A stretch of 64,000 nt of DNA from a virus: the IMG/VR virus record IMGVR_UViG_3300028423_001099, positions 22,577-86,576 of that record, one strand, 5' to 3'. This document shows positions 1-9,556 of this stretch, in pieces. The notes beneath the pieces were generated by a model. That model had not been told where the DNA came from, ran no database searches, and worked only from the letters and a program-made list of their open reading frames with translations. Position 1 is the stretch's first letter. Each line of letters starts with the position of its first letter. The position numbers and the translations under genes are program-made.

Positions 1-80
1 AAATCAAAACCCACCAGCGGCGGCGAATCACCGCATCCGTATCAGGGTCGTTTGGTAGGCAACTAAGAGAATACACAGAT

Positions 81-710
81 ATGAAACTATGGCATTTAAT
101 AGAAGCTAGATTGGAAAATCACCCCGATGTGTCCTATGACCTAGAAGGCGAAACCAAAGCAAAAACCCTTTCCGAAGAGTTTAGCAAGATCACTGCAACA
201 GTTACAGGCCCATCTAGTGCCCAGTTTACTCGTCTTGCAAACAAGTTTAAAAAGATCGACGAGTTTAACAAAGAAATAAAAGAGCTCAGAGACGATGCTA
301 ATGCAGAAGCCAAACAGCACATTGAAGAACTGTTTGATGCTGAAGATGCTGTGCTCACCAGGTATATTGACACAGTGAGTCTTAGCATCACCATGGCCAA
401 AGATACACCGGAGCGTGAAGAAGAAGATGAAGTTTTTGAAGTGGAAGATTTCTTAGAAGAGCTCTATGAAATGGTTGATGGTGATCTAGTGCCTATGATA
501 CAGCAACTAAAAGAAAAGCACACCAAAATAGAGAAAACAGTGATGTCAGGCAGAAAAGGCACGCTCAAAGTCAAGACCAAAGAAGCTGCGGGCGCAGTAG
601 ACTATTCCAAGCTGGAACAGCTTGCTGACACCCTGGGAGAAATTGTTGACATAAAAATGTCACAGTATGACCAGAAACTACAACAGTTGAAGTCGGCTTT
701 TTTGCCATAA
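81..710 (+). CDS. Acidic coiled-coil protein, candidate internal head protein
   Basis: 209-aa ORF with upstream GAGA; N-terminus MKLWHLIE-A resembles a capsid-targeting leader. Confidence 0.6.
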   Translation: MKLWHLIEARLENHPDVSYDLEGETKAKTLSEEFSKITATVTGPSSAQFTRLANKFKKIDEFNKEIKELRDDANAEAKQHIEELFDAEDAVLTRYIDTVSLSITMAKDTPEREEEDEVFEVEDFLEELYEMVDGDLVPMIQQLKEKHTKIEKTVMSGRKGTLKVKTKEAAGAVDYSKLEQLADTLGEIVDIKMSQYDQKLQQLKSAFLP

Positions 711-719
711 GGAGTTAAC

Positions 720-917
720 ATGAACGTTTTTGCACAACTAGAAGCAGCAAAACAATGGATCAAACAACGCTTTGCAGAACGCACCACCTGGGACGGCAGT
801 GTGATCATTGGCATCAGTGTACTTGCACTAGCAGCAGCACCGTTGATCAAATGGATTGCATGGGCAGGCATTGCATATGGTATCTGGACCATCTGGAAAT
901 CAGAACAAGGCCAATAA
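720..917 (+). CDS. Small membrane protein (two hydrophobic segments, possibly holin-like)
   Basis: AGGAG RBS; VIIGISVLALAAAPLIKWIAWAGIAYGIWTIW. Confidence 0.6.
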   Translation: MNVFAQLEAAKQWIKQRFAERTTWDGSVIIGISVLALAAAPLIKWIAWAGIAYGIWTIWKSEQGQ

Positions 918-929
918 AGGATTAGAACC

Positions 930-1214
930 ATGAACGATATGAGAAAACTATTAGAAGCAGTCGAATCTGCACAGAGTGACAATGCTAGCAGCGCACTGGT
1001 TCGTAAAATTGGAACCCATATGTCCGAGATACTCGAAGATTTTTATTCATACTATGATTTAGAATCCGAAGACCCAGATATCGGCAACAATTTTGAAAAC
1101 CATGGTGGTACAAATGATTACACCAGAGAGCAATTTGCGTGGTTGCAAGCCTACAGTGCGTTTATCGGAGCATCAGGAAGGCTGTTTGATAAACTAATTG
1201 ACATAAAATTCTAG
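930..1214 (+). CDS. Hypothetical protein with MNDMRKL leader
   Basis: Leader shared with the next two ORFs. Confidence 0.7.
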   Translation: MNDMRKLLEAVESAQSDNASSALVRKIGTHMSEILEDFYSYYDLESEDPDIGNNFENHGGTNDYTREQFAWLQAYSAFIGASGRLFDKLIDIKF

Positions 1215-1232
1215 AAGAAAAGGACTGGAATT

Positions 1233-1637
1233 ATGAACGAAATGAGAAAATTGATGGAAACTACAGCTCAGCTGTTTGATGACAGAGTGGAATCAGACAC
1301 CGATCGCTACTATGCTGATCAGGATCGCAGTGAACAAGAAGCAGCAGAGAATCTGCCCTATGACATTGAAGATGCAGAGAACTATTTTCTCAATGACCCT
1401 GCAGGCAAGACAGAGTTTGCAGACTTCTTCTTGGACAATCTAGTAGAAAATCCTAGGGAGGTCGACATTGATCTCATGATAGACATTGTGAAAAACTATT
1501 TTGACAGTGTGGTTGCAGATCAATCTCTGCCAGCTCAGTTTGCAGAATCAGAAACCATGAATGAGGTTCTAGCAAACTATTTGGAAGGTCGTGGATACAA
1601 CTTAGATGCCAGCCAAATCGAACAATATAGAAGATAG
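1233..1637 (+). CDS. Acidic hypothetical protein with MNEMRKL leader
   Basis: Shared leader; GGA upstream. Confidence 0.7.
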   Translation: MNEMRKLMETTAQLFDDRVESDTDRYYADQDRSEQEAAENLPYDIEDAENYFLNDPAGKTEFADFFLDNLVENPREVDIDLMIDIVKNYFDSVVADQSLPAQFAESETMNEVLANYLEGRGYNLDASQIEQYRR

Positions 1638-1646
1638 GATATTATT

Positions 1647-2132
1647 ATGAATGACATGAGAAAACTGATTGATGCAGCAACACCGCTGTTTGAATCACAT
1701 AAAAAAACACCCGTGGCAGAAGCCATTGACGGCCCAGATTACGGACACGAAGGCTCAGCTGACATGGCCCTGACACAGTTGCATTTTATCGAGTATGCTG
1801 CACAGGAAGTACGCGAATGCCTGGAAGCAGGTACCATGATGGAAGAATGGTATCAGAACAAGCTGGCCAAAATCCACGGCGACATGGAAGGCCTGCACTC
1901 TCACATGGAAGGTCAAAAGCGACGCAGAGAGATGTGTGGCCCTGATGAGATAATGCCAGATGACATGGCAGATGATGCTGGCCTGGCAATGACCGAGAAG
2001 AAAAAAGACAAAAGCCCAGGCAAGATCGACAAAGACGAAGATCCCTGCTGGAAAGGCTACAAAATGGTAGGCACCAAGAAGAAAAATGGCAAAGAAGTGC
2101 CCAACTGTGTGCCTGGCAAAAAAGGCAAGTAA
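1647..2132 (+). CDS. Modular protein: MNDMRKL leader, helical domain, C-terminal CWKGY..NCVP basic module
   Basis: AGGA RBS; CWKGYKMVGTKKKNGKEVPNCVP motif familiar from T4-like phages. Confidence 0.7.
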   Translation: MNDMRKLIDAATPLFESHKKTPVAEAIDGPDYGHEGSADMALTQLHFIEYAAQEVRECLEAGTMMEEWYQNKLAKIHGDMEGLHSHMEGQKRRREMCGPDEIMPDDMADDAGLAMTEKKKDKSPGKIDKDEDPCWKGYKMVGTKKKNGKEVPNCVPGKKGK

Positions 2133-2153
2133 ACAAATCAACGAGAAAAAAGG

Positions 2154-3266
2154 ATGGAAATTGTTGAAGACCCCAATCTTATTACAATATTTCATCCTTA
2201 TGGAATAGACAGCAGCAGTCCTAACGGTCCCTGGAAATTCATAGAATTCCTGCAGACAATAAAAAATAAAAAAGTCGTTGTTTTTAATCCAGAAGAATTC
2301 AATCCTTTTTTTCGCTCTGATCAAGGCGGCATAAACAGCCGTGAAGCCTACTGGAATTATGTAAACCAGTTTAACTCTGTGATCACAGAAAATAACATCA
2401 CATTGGAGTACTGGATCAGCATCCACGATGATCAAAATCTAGAATGGCGCAACGAGTTCAAGGTAAAAGCAATTAACTGGCCTGCATATCAGCTTCACTG
2501 TACAGCACACGATCTACAAAAAGACTCTATTCAACAAGTGAAGCATATCAACAAGCTGGCAATCAGCATGAATTCCAAACCCACGCATCACCGTTGTATG
2601 CTGATAGAATCCATTTATAAAGAGCAACTGAAGAATGATTTTTGTTTAAGCTGGCTAATGCCCGATGCTGTTGAAGATTTTCATTTTGAACATTTTAACA
2701 ACCAACAGCATGTGTTAGACTATGACCCGGGTCCGGAACCTGATCCTAGAACAATATATCCTCCGAACGTACAAAATCCAACAGAGTTTTACACTTGCTT
2801 GTTCAACATAGTAGCAGAAACCACAGTGGACCTGCCGGATATCAGCGAAAAGACATTTGTGCCTTTGCTCTGCGGAAAACCATTCTTGGTTTTGGGAATT
2901 CCTGGGTTACATCGGATGCTTGTTGATCATTATGGGATAAAACTGTTCGAAGAACACATCGACTATGGTTTTGATGATGTAGAGGATACCCAGACTAGAA
3001 TCAATCTAATATTGAAACAAATTGCTAAATATCGTGGAGAAAACTACAACGACCTCTACAGAGAAATGTTGCCGGTCATAGAGCACAACAAAAAACTATG
3101 TTGGGATATTGTGCATTCTAAATCTATGTTTCCAGAAGATTTATCTCAGAGGGTAAAACATTTGTCGCAGTCCACACACTGGCTTGCTGACACAATCACA
3201 ACACAGACACACAAAGGTAATACTTATGCCAAAGAAAACCACACTCAACGGCAAGCTCAACAATAA
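2154..3266 (+). CDS. Glycosyltransferase-like protein
   Basis: FNIVAET..ISEKTFVPLL..KPFLVLG motif of phage GT-B-like proteins. Confidence 0.5.
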   Translation: MEIVEDPNLITIFHPYGIDSSSPNGPWKFIEFLQTIKNKKVVVFNPEEFNPFFRSDQGGINSREAYWNYVNQFNSVITENNITLEYWISIHDDQNLEWRNEFKVKAINWPAYQLHCTAHDLQKDSIQQVKHINKLAISMNSKPTHHRCMLIESIYKEQLKNDFCLSWLMPDAVEDFHFEHFNNQQHVLDYDPGPEPDPRTIYPPNVQNPTEFYTCLFNIVAETTVDLPDISEKTFVPLLCGKPFLVLGIPGLHRMLVDHYGIKLFEEHIDYGFDDVEDTQTRINLILKQIAKYRGENYNDLYREMLPVIEHNKKLCWDIVHSKSMFPEDLSQRVKHLSQSTHWLADTITTQTHKGNTYAKENHTQRQAQQ

Positions 3267-3369
3267 TCCGCCCAAAGGCACCAGCATTGGCTCTGGCAAT
3301 GTTAAAACCAGCAGCATGAACAAAAGCAAGAAGCGCAGTCACAAACGCTATCGCGGGCAAGGCAAATAA
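3226..3369 (+). CDS. Small basic protein ending KRYRGQGK
   Basis: AAGG RBS, ATG at 3226; YRGQG C-terminal motif recurrent in T4-like phages. Confidence 0.65.
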   Translation: MPKKTTLNGKLNNNPPKGTSIGSGNVKTSSMNKSKKRSHKRYRGQGK

Positions 3370-3380
3370 GCACAATAAAA

Positions 3381-4217
3381 ATGATGGTGTGCTTCTACGA
3401 TCACAAAAAAAATCTGTTGCTGTTGCCTATTAACAGATGCGGCGCAGGAATGTTTTCTGAGATTGCATCAGCAAGCACAGACCTAACAGTAACCACTGTT
3501 GAAGAATTTTTTGGAGGTGCCAGTCCGGACCAGATACCAGAGATTGTTGCTATTGTGCGGCACCCTACTCGTGCATTTGTCAGTGGTGTCTCAGAGATTT
3601 TTGACGTCAATGGAGTTAGGCCAAAAATAAATCACATAGATCATCGAGCATATCATCTCGGCAGCAGGCATCTATCGCATCGCCTTGCTATTCCTATGAT
3701 TTTTGCATCAGCAGGCTGTACACTAACCATGTGGTTACTTGATGAACTCAGTGAAAAAATGATTGAGCTTTATCCCGAGCACAGTGAAATTATCAATCAG
3801 CATCACAGTGAAGATGCGTGTTCTATGAGAACCAGCAATGTTCGACAGGTGCTATGTTGGCTCAGATATGAAGAATATATCAACAGTGTAAATGTCCAAC
3901 ATGCGTCCGAGTTGACCTGGGAACAGTGGATGGAGCCCGAATTGGACCTATACAAGCATTGTGTGGGTTTCAGGAGATGCCAGCAACACTCAAACGACCA
4001 TGACCCAAAAAGTGTTGGTGAGGGTTGCGTTAGACGGCTGTTTGACACAGAAGCATATTGGTGTGATAGAGCCCCGTCTTATCTAGCGCACGAACTGCCT
4101 CTCAACCTCATTGCTAAACTTTCGTCACTCGACCCCCACTGTTTTGATCCCAAAATAGTAGAGCTTAACAATAGCACAATGTCACGACTTAGCACAGACA
4201 AAAAAATTAACATTTGA
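3381..4217 (+). CDS. Sulfotransferase-like protein (degenerate)
   Basis: INRCG near N-terminus and VRHP..AFVSG, resembling the R.P..R..S motif. Confidence 0.4.
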   Translation: MMVCFYDHKKNLLLLPINRCGAGMFSEIASASTDLTVTTVEEFFGGASPDQIPEIVAIVRHPTRAFVSGVSEIFDVNGVRPKINHIDHRAYHLGSRHLSHRLAIPMIFASAGCTLTMWLLDELSEKMIELYPEHSEIINQHHSEDACSMRTSNVRQVLCWLRYEEYINSVNVQHASELTWEQWMEPELDLYKHCVGFRRCQQHSNDHDPKSVGEGCVRRLFDTEAYWCDRAPSYLAHELPLNLIAKLSSLDPHCFDPKIVELNNSTMSRLSTDKKINI

Positions 4218-4223
4218 TAAATA
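4216..4223 (+). promoter_or_regulatory. Late-promoter-like GATAAATA
   Basis: Variant of T4 TATAAATA, 8 nt before ATG at 4232. Confidence 0.6.
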
Positions 4224-4231
4224 CAACTGTT

Positions 4232-5785
4232 ATGCGCAAAGCTGTGATCTATCCGGGACGTTTTCAGCCTATGCTGAGACACCACGCAGAAGTGTTTCAA
4301 ACACTGCGGGCACAATTTCCTGATGCTGAAGTTTACCTGTCTAGCACAAACAAAACTGACAGCGATTCTAGCCCTTTTAGCTTTCGGGAAAAACAACAAA
4401 TAGCTTCTCAGATGTATGGCATTGATTCGAGTAAGATGCTGGAAATTCCAGTGCCCTACAATGTAGACATGTATGACTTTGACCCAGATAACACACTGTT
4501 GATCATGGCAGTGGGAGGCAAAGACTATGATCGCTTTCCTGTAAAAAACGTCAACGACGAAACAGGATTGGTCATGAAGAAAACAGCAGATGAACCCGCA
4601 CGATTACAGCCAATAGATACTATGAAGGGCGATCCGTTGCCAATGAAACAGAGAGCATATATTGCTTATGCTCCTACAGTAGAAGACCAGCAGGGCGATG
4701 TACGCAGTGCCAGTGCATTTCGTCAACAGTTCAAGTCGGCACCAGATAAACAAACAGCACAAAAAGTATTCACCAGACATTTCGGAGAATACAACGAAGA
4801 AATTTTCAATTTGGTCTATGACCGACTAGTGGAGCAGGATATGAATGAATCAATAAACACTGTGAGAAAGCTGGCAGGACTGCCAGAAGTCCACAGAGAG
4901 CAAGAGGTCACACAGGAAGCAGCTCCTGTGGACTATGCAATGACTGATGCAGAGAAACAGCTGGCAGAGCTAGGCAGAACACTCATGGACAATGCCATGC
5001 AGGAAAACAGTGACAAGCTATCCAACTACATGAGTTTGGTTGGTCGCATGTTCACAGAATATGGCACAAACGAGGGTGCAAAATCTCTGCCTGAACTTGC
5101 TGACAAGTTGAAAATGTCCGAGGAAGAGGTGTTGAAATTTGCAGCTTATGCTCAAAAATTACAACAAGAAAAAGAAGGCACACCAGACAACGAAACCGAA
5201 ATTGACCTCAGTGACTTCTACGAGGGCGAAGTGCCCAAAGACGAATTCGACGAAGCATCGCCGTTGGTGGGTGCAGCAGCGAGTGTTGCAGGGCGCATGG
5301 CTTCTAAATCTGCAGCACGCCGTGGTGCAGGCAAAACTCTCAGCAGGGCTGCAGGCAGTGTTGCAGGCGCTGCGGCCAAATCGGCATTGTCCAAGGCATC
5401 GGGCACAGCAAGGAAGAAATCAGGCAACAAGGACAGCGACATGGAAGAGGGTTCTGTTGCAGACTTTCATGCTGGCCAAGACACAGAGTCGGGCCCGGGC
5501 TGTGACTACTATGATCGGGAAACACCTGTGGCAGATACATTTAGCCACAAAACAGTTGGAGATCTGTCGCCCATCGAAGCCACTGCTCGTCTGAGCACAA
5601 CTGCAGTAAACGATGCAATGGGCCGGCTGGACATGATCAAAGAAAAGCTCTGTGATGACTCTGAGTTGCACACAGAAGTGCACAATGACATACAAGATAT
5701 CATGGACATGCTACGTGATTATCGCAGAGAAATTGTAAATATAGCAGATGACGCAATGAGTCATCAAGGAGATAAAAATGTCTAA
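4232..5785 (+). CDS. HIGH-family cytidylyltransferase/nucleotidyltransferase domain fused to acidic and low-complexity C-terminal modules
   Basis: IYPGRFQPMLRHH (HxGH-like), SPFSFREK, VGGKD, RSASAFR motifs. Confidence 0.7.
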   Translation: MRKAVIYPGRFQPMLRHHAEVFQTLRAQFPDAEVYLSSTNKTDSDSSPFSFREKQQIASQMYGIDSSKMLEIPVPYNVDMYDFDPDNTLLIMAVGGKDYDRFPVKNVNDETGLVMKKTADEPARLQPIDTMKGDPLPMKQRAYIAYAPTVEDQQGDVRSASAFRQQFKSAPDKQTAQKVFTRHFGEYNEEIFNLVYDRLVEQDMNESINTVRKLAGLPEVHREQEVTQEAAPVDYAMTDAEKQLAELGRTLMDNAMQENSDKLSNYMSLVGRMFTEYGTNEGAKSLPELADKLKMSEEEVLKFAAYAQKLQQEKEGTPDNETEIDLSDFYEGEVPKDEFDEASPLVGAAASVAGRMASKSAARRGAGKTLSRAAGSVAGAAAKSALSKASGTARKKSGNKDSDMEEGSVADFHAGQDTESGPGCDYYDRETPVADTFSHKTVGDLSPIEATARLSTTAVNDAMGRLDMIKEKLCDDSELHTEVHNDIQDIMDMLRDYRREIVNIADDAMSHQGDKNV

Positions 5786-6170
5786 ACACAATCAAATTGA
5801 AGAACTACAACGACTGGCCGGTCTAAGCGTCAGCGAAAATCACGAAGAAAGCGGCAAAGACATCACCAAAACTGTGGTGGGGCACGTTGATGATGAAGTG
5901 CACAATCTAAAAAAACTATCCTATCAAATGGGTTCATACTGTGTGGAACTTTTTAAAATTCTTGACAGTTTGCCTGAAAACTCAGATATCCCCCATTGGG
6001 TGCAGGCAAAGTTGGTAAAAGCACAGGATTATGTGAGCACATGCAAGCATTGGATGGAAAACGAGATTGCGGTTCCCGATCATGGTGCTGAACCTATTCT
6101 AGGTGCCAACCCAGACTCCATGGTATCACCAGATGCACAAGATTTCTCGGATCCCAGTGGACTGAGCTAA
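5778..6170 (+). CDS. Hypothetical protein (LQRLAGL motif; WVQAKL helical domain)
   Basis: AGGAGA RBS; similar to the central domain of 1647..2132. Confidence 0.65.
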   Translation: MSKHNQIEELQRLAGLSVSENHEESGKDITKTVVGHVDDEVHNLKKLSYQMGSYCVELFKILDSLPENSDIPHWVQAKLVKAQDYVSTCKHWMENEIAVPDHGAEPILGANPDSMVSPDAQDFSDPSGLS

Positions 6171-6230
6171 CTCTGGCTTTTCTGCTCTGGTTGTCGCCTG
6201 CTAATAAGATTTTTTTCATGATGACTTCGT

Positions 6231-7085
6231 TTATTTGATCCAACTGGTGTTAATTACCAGATCTCTGGCATATTCCAGCCAGAACTTTCCTGCAGGCGGT
6301 CCACCGTTGCAGGTGCCGTCGCTTTCTCCGGGCACCTTGATCCACAAGTAAGCATCACAGTGTTCAAGTTGAGTGTGTGTGGTAGGCGGTATGCCCAATG
6401 CGCGCTCGGGCGGATTGCACCACTCGTTGCCATAAGGACCTGCACCGTTGCGGCTGGTATCTACCACATAATAATCAACATCTGCATATTCCCTGACTCG
6501 TTCGGCCCACTTTACACTCTCTTTGGTGGTGCGATAGTTGCTCACATTCACACTAAAGCCTCTGGTCTCAGAATTGCACACACTGTTGAGCAGTTTGCCT
6601 GCTGTTTCGGGATCAAGCCAATTGCTGTGCCCGATGTCAGCATACACATGAGCATTGCAGTTTTCTCTCAAAATTGACAGAGATTGTTTCATGAGTTCAA
6701 GACGTTTTTGCGCAGGTTTTTTCTCCATCAATGTGGTGTGTGGCAATCCGTCGGGCTCATATATCACAATGGGCTGTCGATCTCCCAGTGTTTTTGCAAA
6801 TGTTTCTATGAACTGTAGATATGTGTCATCACTAGAAGCGCCGCCTTTGCTGTAATTACCCATGTCGCGGTTGGGCAAATTGTAGATCACCATGATAGGT
6901 AGCAGCGGGTCAGCTCTGTTGAGAAGACGTGTGATCCGACTGTGTACCTTGAAAAGATCTTTTTTGCCTTTTTTTACTCCAAACCAAAAGGCCACAGGAT
7001 ATTCAAAGATTTTGCCTGCCACAGGATATTTCTCTCTGTGATTGCGAATACGATCAAAGTCGTTGACGTAGAAAGGATAATCCAT
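6231..7085 (-). CDS. Glycoside hydrolase family 6 (cellulase/endoglucanase) catalytic domain
   Basis: YNLPNRD, EPD, DIGHSNWL, NVSNY, DTSRNG, WCNP, DAYLWIKVPGESDG motifs. Confidence 0.9.
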   Translation of the reverse strand: MDYPFYVNDFDRIRNHREKYPVAGKIFEYPVAFWFGVKKGKKDLFKVHSRITRLLNRADPLLPIMVIYNLPNRDMGNYSKGGASSDDTYLQFIETFAKTLGDRQPIVIYEPDGLPHTTLMEKKPAQKRLELMKQSLSILRENCNAHVYADIGHSNWLDPETAGKLLNSVCNSETRGFSVNVSNYRTTKESVKWAERVREYADVDYYVVDTSRNGAGPYGNEWCNPPERALGIPPTTHTQLEHCDAYLWIKVPGESDGTCNGGPPAGKFWLEYARDLVINTSWIK

Positions 7086-7093
7086 ATGAGGAT

Positions 7094-7678
7094 CTAGCGA
7101 ACGCTGCGATACAGCTTTTTAAACAGTTTGTCTCGCTTTTGCTTGGCATGCTTGAGTTTGAATTCACTCACATGGTCCAAGAACACTTGTCCTTGTAGGT
7201 GATCATACTCATGCAGGAAACAGCGAGCATCCATGCCATCCATCCAGGTTTCAACTTGAGTTTTGCCGTCAGTCTTGTAATACCTTACTTTGATTTCTGC
7301 CGGACGTTCGACCAATAGATACAACAGTGGCCATGTGAGGCAGCCTTCTTTGATTTTTGCTGATCCCTGTGTTTCTAGGATTTCCGGTTTGTAGACACCA
7401 ATGTCGCCAAGCATGCTATGTGTCATCACAAACATATTATAACTACTGCCCAGTTGGTTGGCTGCTAGGCCAATGCCCATGTTGTCGTGCATCAAAGCAA
7501 GCATTTCCTGTTCTCGCTGATGCCAGTCGACGTCGCTGCTAAACGGATCAGTGGTAGCTTTGCGATACAGTGCAGGATGACTGGGCTCTACTAGCTCGCA
7601 GTGCCACTCGTCTACACTGAGACTGCTTGTGCGCACCGAACTACTGCTGGCATATCGATCGTAGGGATTATATTGCAT
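7094..7678 (-). CDS. def: Peptide deformylase
   Basis: GIGLAANQ, EGCL, HEYDH motifs. Confidence 0.92.
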   Translation of the reverse strand: MQYNPYDRYASSSSVRTSSLSVDEWHCELVEPSHPALYRKATTDPFSSDVDWHQREQEMLALMHDNMGIGLAANQLGSSYNMFVMTHSMLGDIGVYKPEILETQGSAKIKEGCLTWPLLYLLVERPAEIKVRYYKTDGKTQVETWMDGMDARCFLHEYDHLQGQVFLDHVSEFKLKHAKQKRDKLFKKLYRSVR

Positions 7679-7750
7679 AACTGTATTTATTTGAAATTTC
7701 TGAGACTGCGATATTTATTTGAAGAGATATCAATCAAGATAAATACCATT

Positions 7751-8599
7751 ATGAGCAAAGTGCCCGACAACAACACAGTTTATCTCACTGATGTACTGCC
7801 TTTGAATCGCTGGGAGTTGGTTGATCTATACACAAGAGCCTGGGCGCAAAGAAATGAAAATGCGTGGTACGGATATATTCCTAAAACAGCACTATACTTT
7901 GATGACCCACTGAGTGTCACAAAACAGACCCTTGACAATTATTTTTCGGGTCATAGATATCAAAAACATCCTGACGAAATACTTGAATATGATCGAGGAG
8001 AAGATTCTAGCACGGAATATTTTGCCAAGCTGGTATGGCTCACACACGATTATTTTAGATACAATGGTTTTCAGACCCCGATATGTGCACATTACAATCC
8101 TAGACTTGATTGCAATGTGATTCACCCCGGAGGTTCTAGGAATCAAATTCTCAATCTATTTGGAGACGATAAACTAGAAGCCATGTATTTCAACACAGGC
8201 GGCGTTGAACCGCCCTGGCTAGCAGATATGAAAAAAATAGACATTGCGGATTTTATGTTGAATCGAGGCTGGGCCGCTGGTGCAGTTCCAGACCACGGTA
8301 GTCTGATTCCGCACTTTGTTAAAAAGACACATTGGATACCCTTGGGTATTCGTAGATTTCAGAGATATTTGTACAAGCTGATGCATGCATCTTCGGTTCC
8401 GTTGCAAATCAAAAGCAACACAGACCTAGAGTATCTTGGGCCGTGGCAAGTATCGGATGCATCTGAGCACGACGTCAGAGTCGATGCTCACCATCAACTA
8501 GATCAAATAGACCAAATAAAAATCACACTTTTGGCTTGTGCAAAAGTGAATTATCAGTATAAAAATTACAAAATAACATGCAAGAAACCTATCAACTAG
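7751..8599 (+). CDS. Hypothetical protein
   Basis: Long ORF; GATAAATA at 7738-7745 just before ATG 7751. Confidence 0.6.
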   Translation: MSKVPDNNTVYLTDVLPLNRWELVDLYTRAWAQRNENAWYGYIPKTALYFDDPLSVTKQTLDNYFSGHRYQKHPDEILEYDRGEDSSTEYFAKLVWLTHDYFRYNGFQTPICAHYNPRLDCNVIHPGGSRNQILNLFGDDKLEAMYFNTGGVEPPWLADMKKIDIADFMLNRGWAAGAVPDHGSLIPHFVKKTHWIPLGIRRFQRYLYKLMHASSVPLQIKSNTDLEYLGPWQVSDASEHDVRVDAHHQLDQIDQIKITLLACAKVNYQYKNYKITCKKPIN

Positions 8600-9555
8600 A
8601 GAGGGCAGTGATAGAAATAGCAGGGGGCTGTAACTACAGTTGCAGTATGTGTCCTCAGAGCACAGGCCGCGGCAAAGACTTTACCAAACTGATGCCACTG
8701 GATCTATTTGAGGAGATACTGGATCAAATCACACCCCGTTACGGCTATCCTGTGATTAACATGGAAGGCTCAGGAGAGCCCACACTAGTAAAGAATCTTG
8801 CCCAGTATGTGGAAGCATGCACACGCAGAGGTTGTGCAAGTTTTATCTACACCAATGGCTCTTATATGACAGGTGACTACATGCAGGATGCTGTGGATGC
8901 TGGACTCAGCTTTGTGAGATTTAGCTGCATTGGCTATACACCAGAGCTCTATCATCAGTGGATGAGCCAAGACAACTTTTATCGGATTCGGGACAATGCA
9001 TGTGAAACACAGGCATATATCAAGCAAAACGGCAGTGACTGTGTGGTCAGCAGCTATCACCTCATACTAGACAACAATCAGATTGATCATGAAGTCAAAC
9101 AGTATCAGAAAAACTTCATTGAGCCTGTGGGCAGTGTAGGGTATATCTGGAAAATGCACAACTGGAGTGGCAACTATCAGCCGCTGTATATCAGAGATCC
9201 TGCAGAGAAACGCACCTGTGGCAGACCGTTTGCACCTGAGATCACTGTGAGAGCAGGTGGCCTAGATGGCAAGCAAGGTGCAGTAACACCCTGCTGTCAG
9301 ACTATGGGGCCTCCAAACGAAGCACTCAGTGTGCTAGGACACATGGACACACAAACATTTGAGGATGTGTTCTGGGGAGAAGCATATGAGGACCTGCGAC
9401 AAGCTCACAATGATGGCGAGTTTGACAGAATAGATTACTGCAAGAACTGTGATTTCTTGTACGAAGATCCAGAGGTATTGGTGTGGAGCAACGACCCCGA
9501 TGCCCGTGTGGATCACATGTTAGGAACCGGTTTTGATTTATCAGATTACAAATAA
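8578..9555 (+). CDS. Radical SAM protein with SPASM/twitch domain
   Basis: CNYSCSMC, GEP, YTNG; C-terminal C..PF, PCC, CKNC. Confidence 0.9.
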   Translation: MQETYQLERAVIEIAGGCNYSCSMCPQSTGRGKDFTKLMPLDLFEEILDQITPRYGYPVINMEGSGEPTLVKNLAQYVEACTRRGCASFIYTNGSYMTGDYMQDAVDAGLSFVRFSCIGYTPELYHQWMSQDNFYRIRDNACETQAYIKQNGSDCVVSSYHLILDNNQIDHEVKQYQKNFIEPVGSVGYIWKMHNWSGNYQPLYIRDPAEKRTCGRPFAPEITVRAGGLDGKQGAVTPCCQTMGPPNEALSVLGHMDTQTFEDVFWGEAYEDLRQAHNDGEFDRIDYCKNCDFLYEDPEVLVWSNDPDARVDHMLGTGFDLSDYK

Positions 9556-9556
9556 T

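Noticed and set aside
1755-2435. Long antisense ORFs (also 22387..22938, 39857..40408 and others)
   Set aside because: Shadows of well-supported genes on the opposite strand, with no motifs or RBS.
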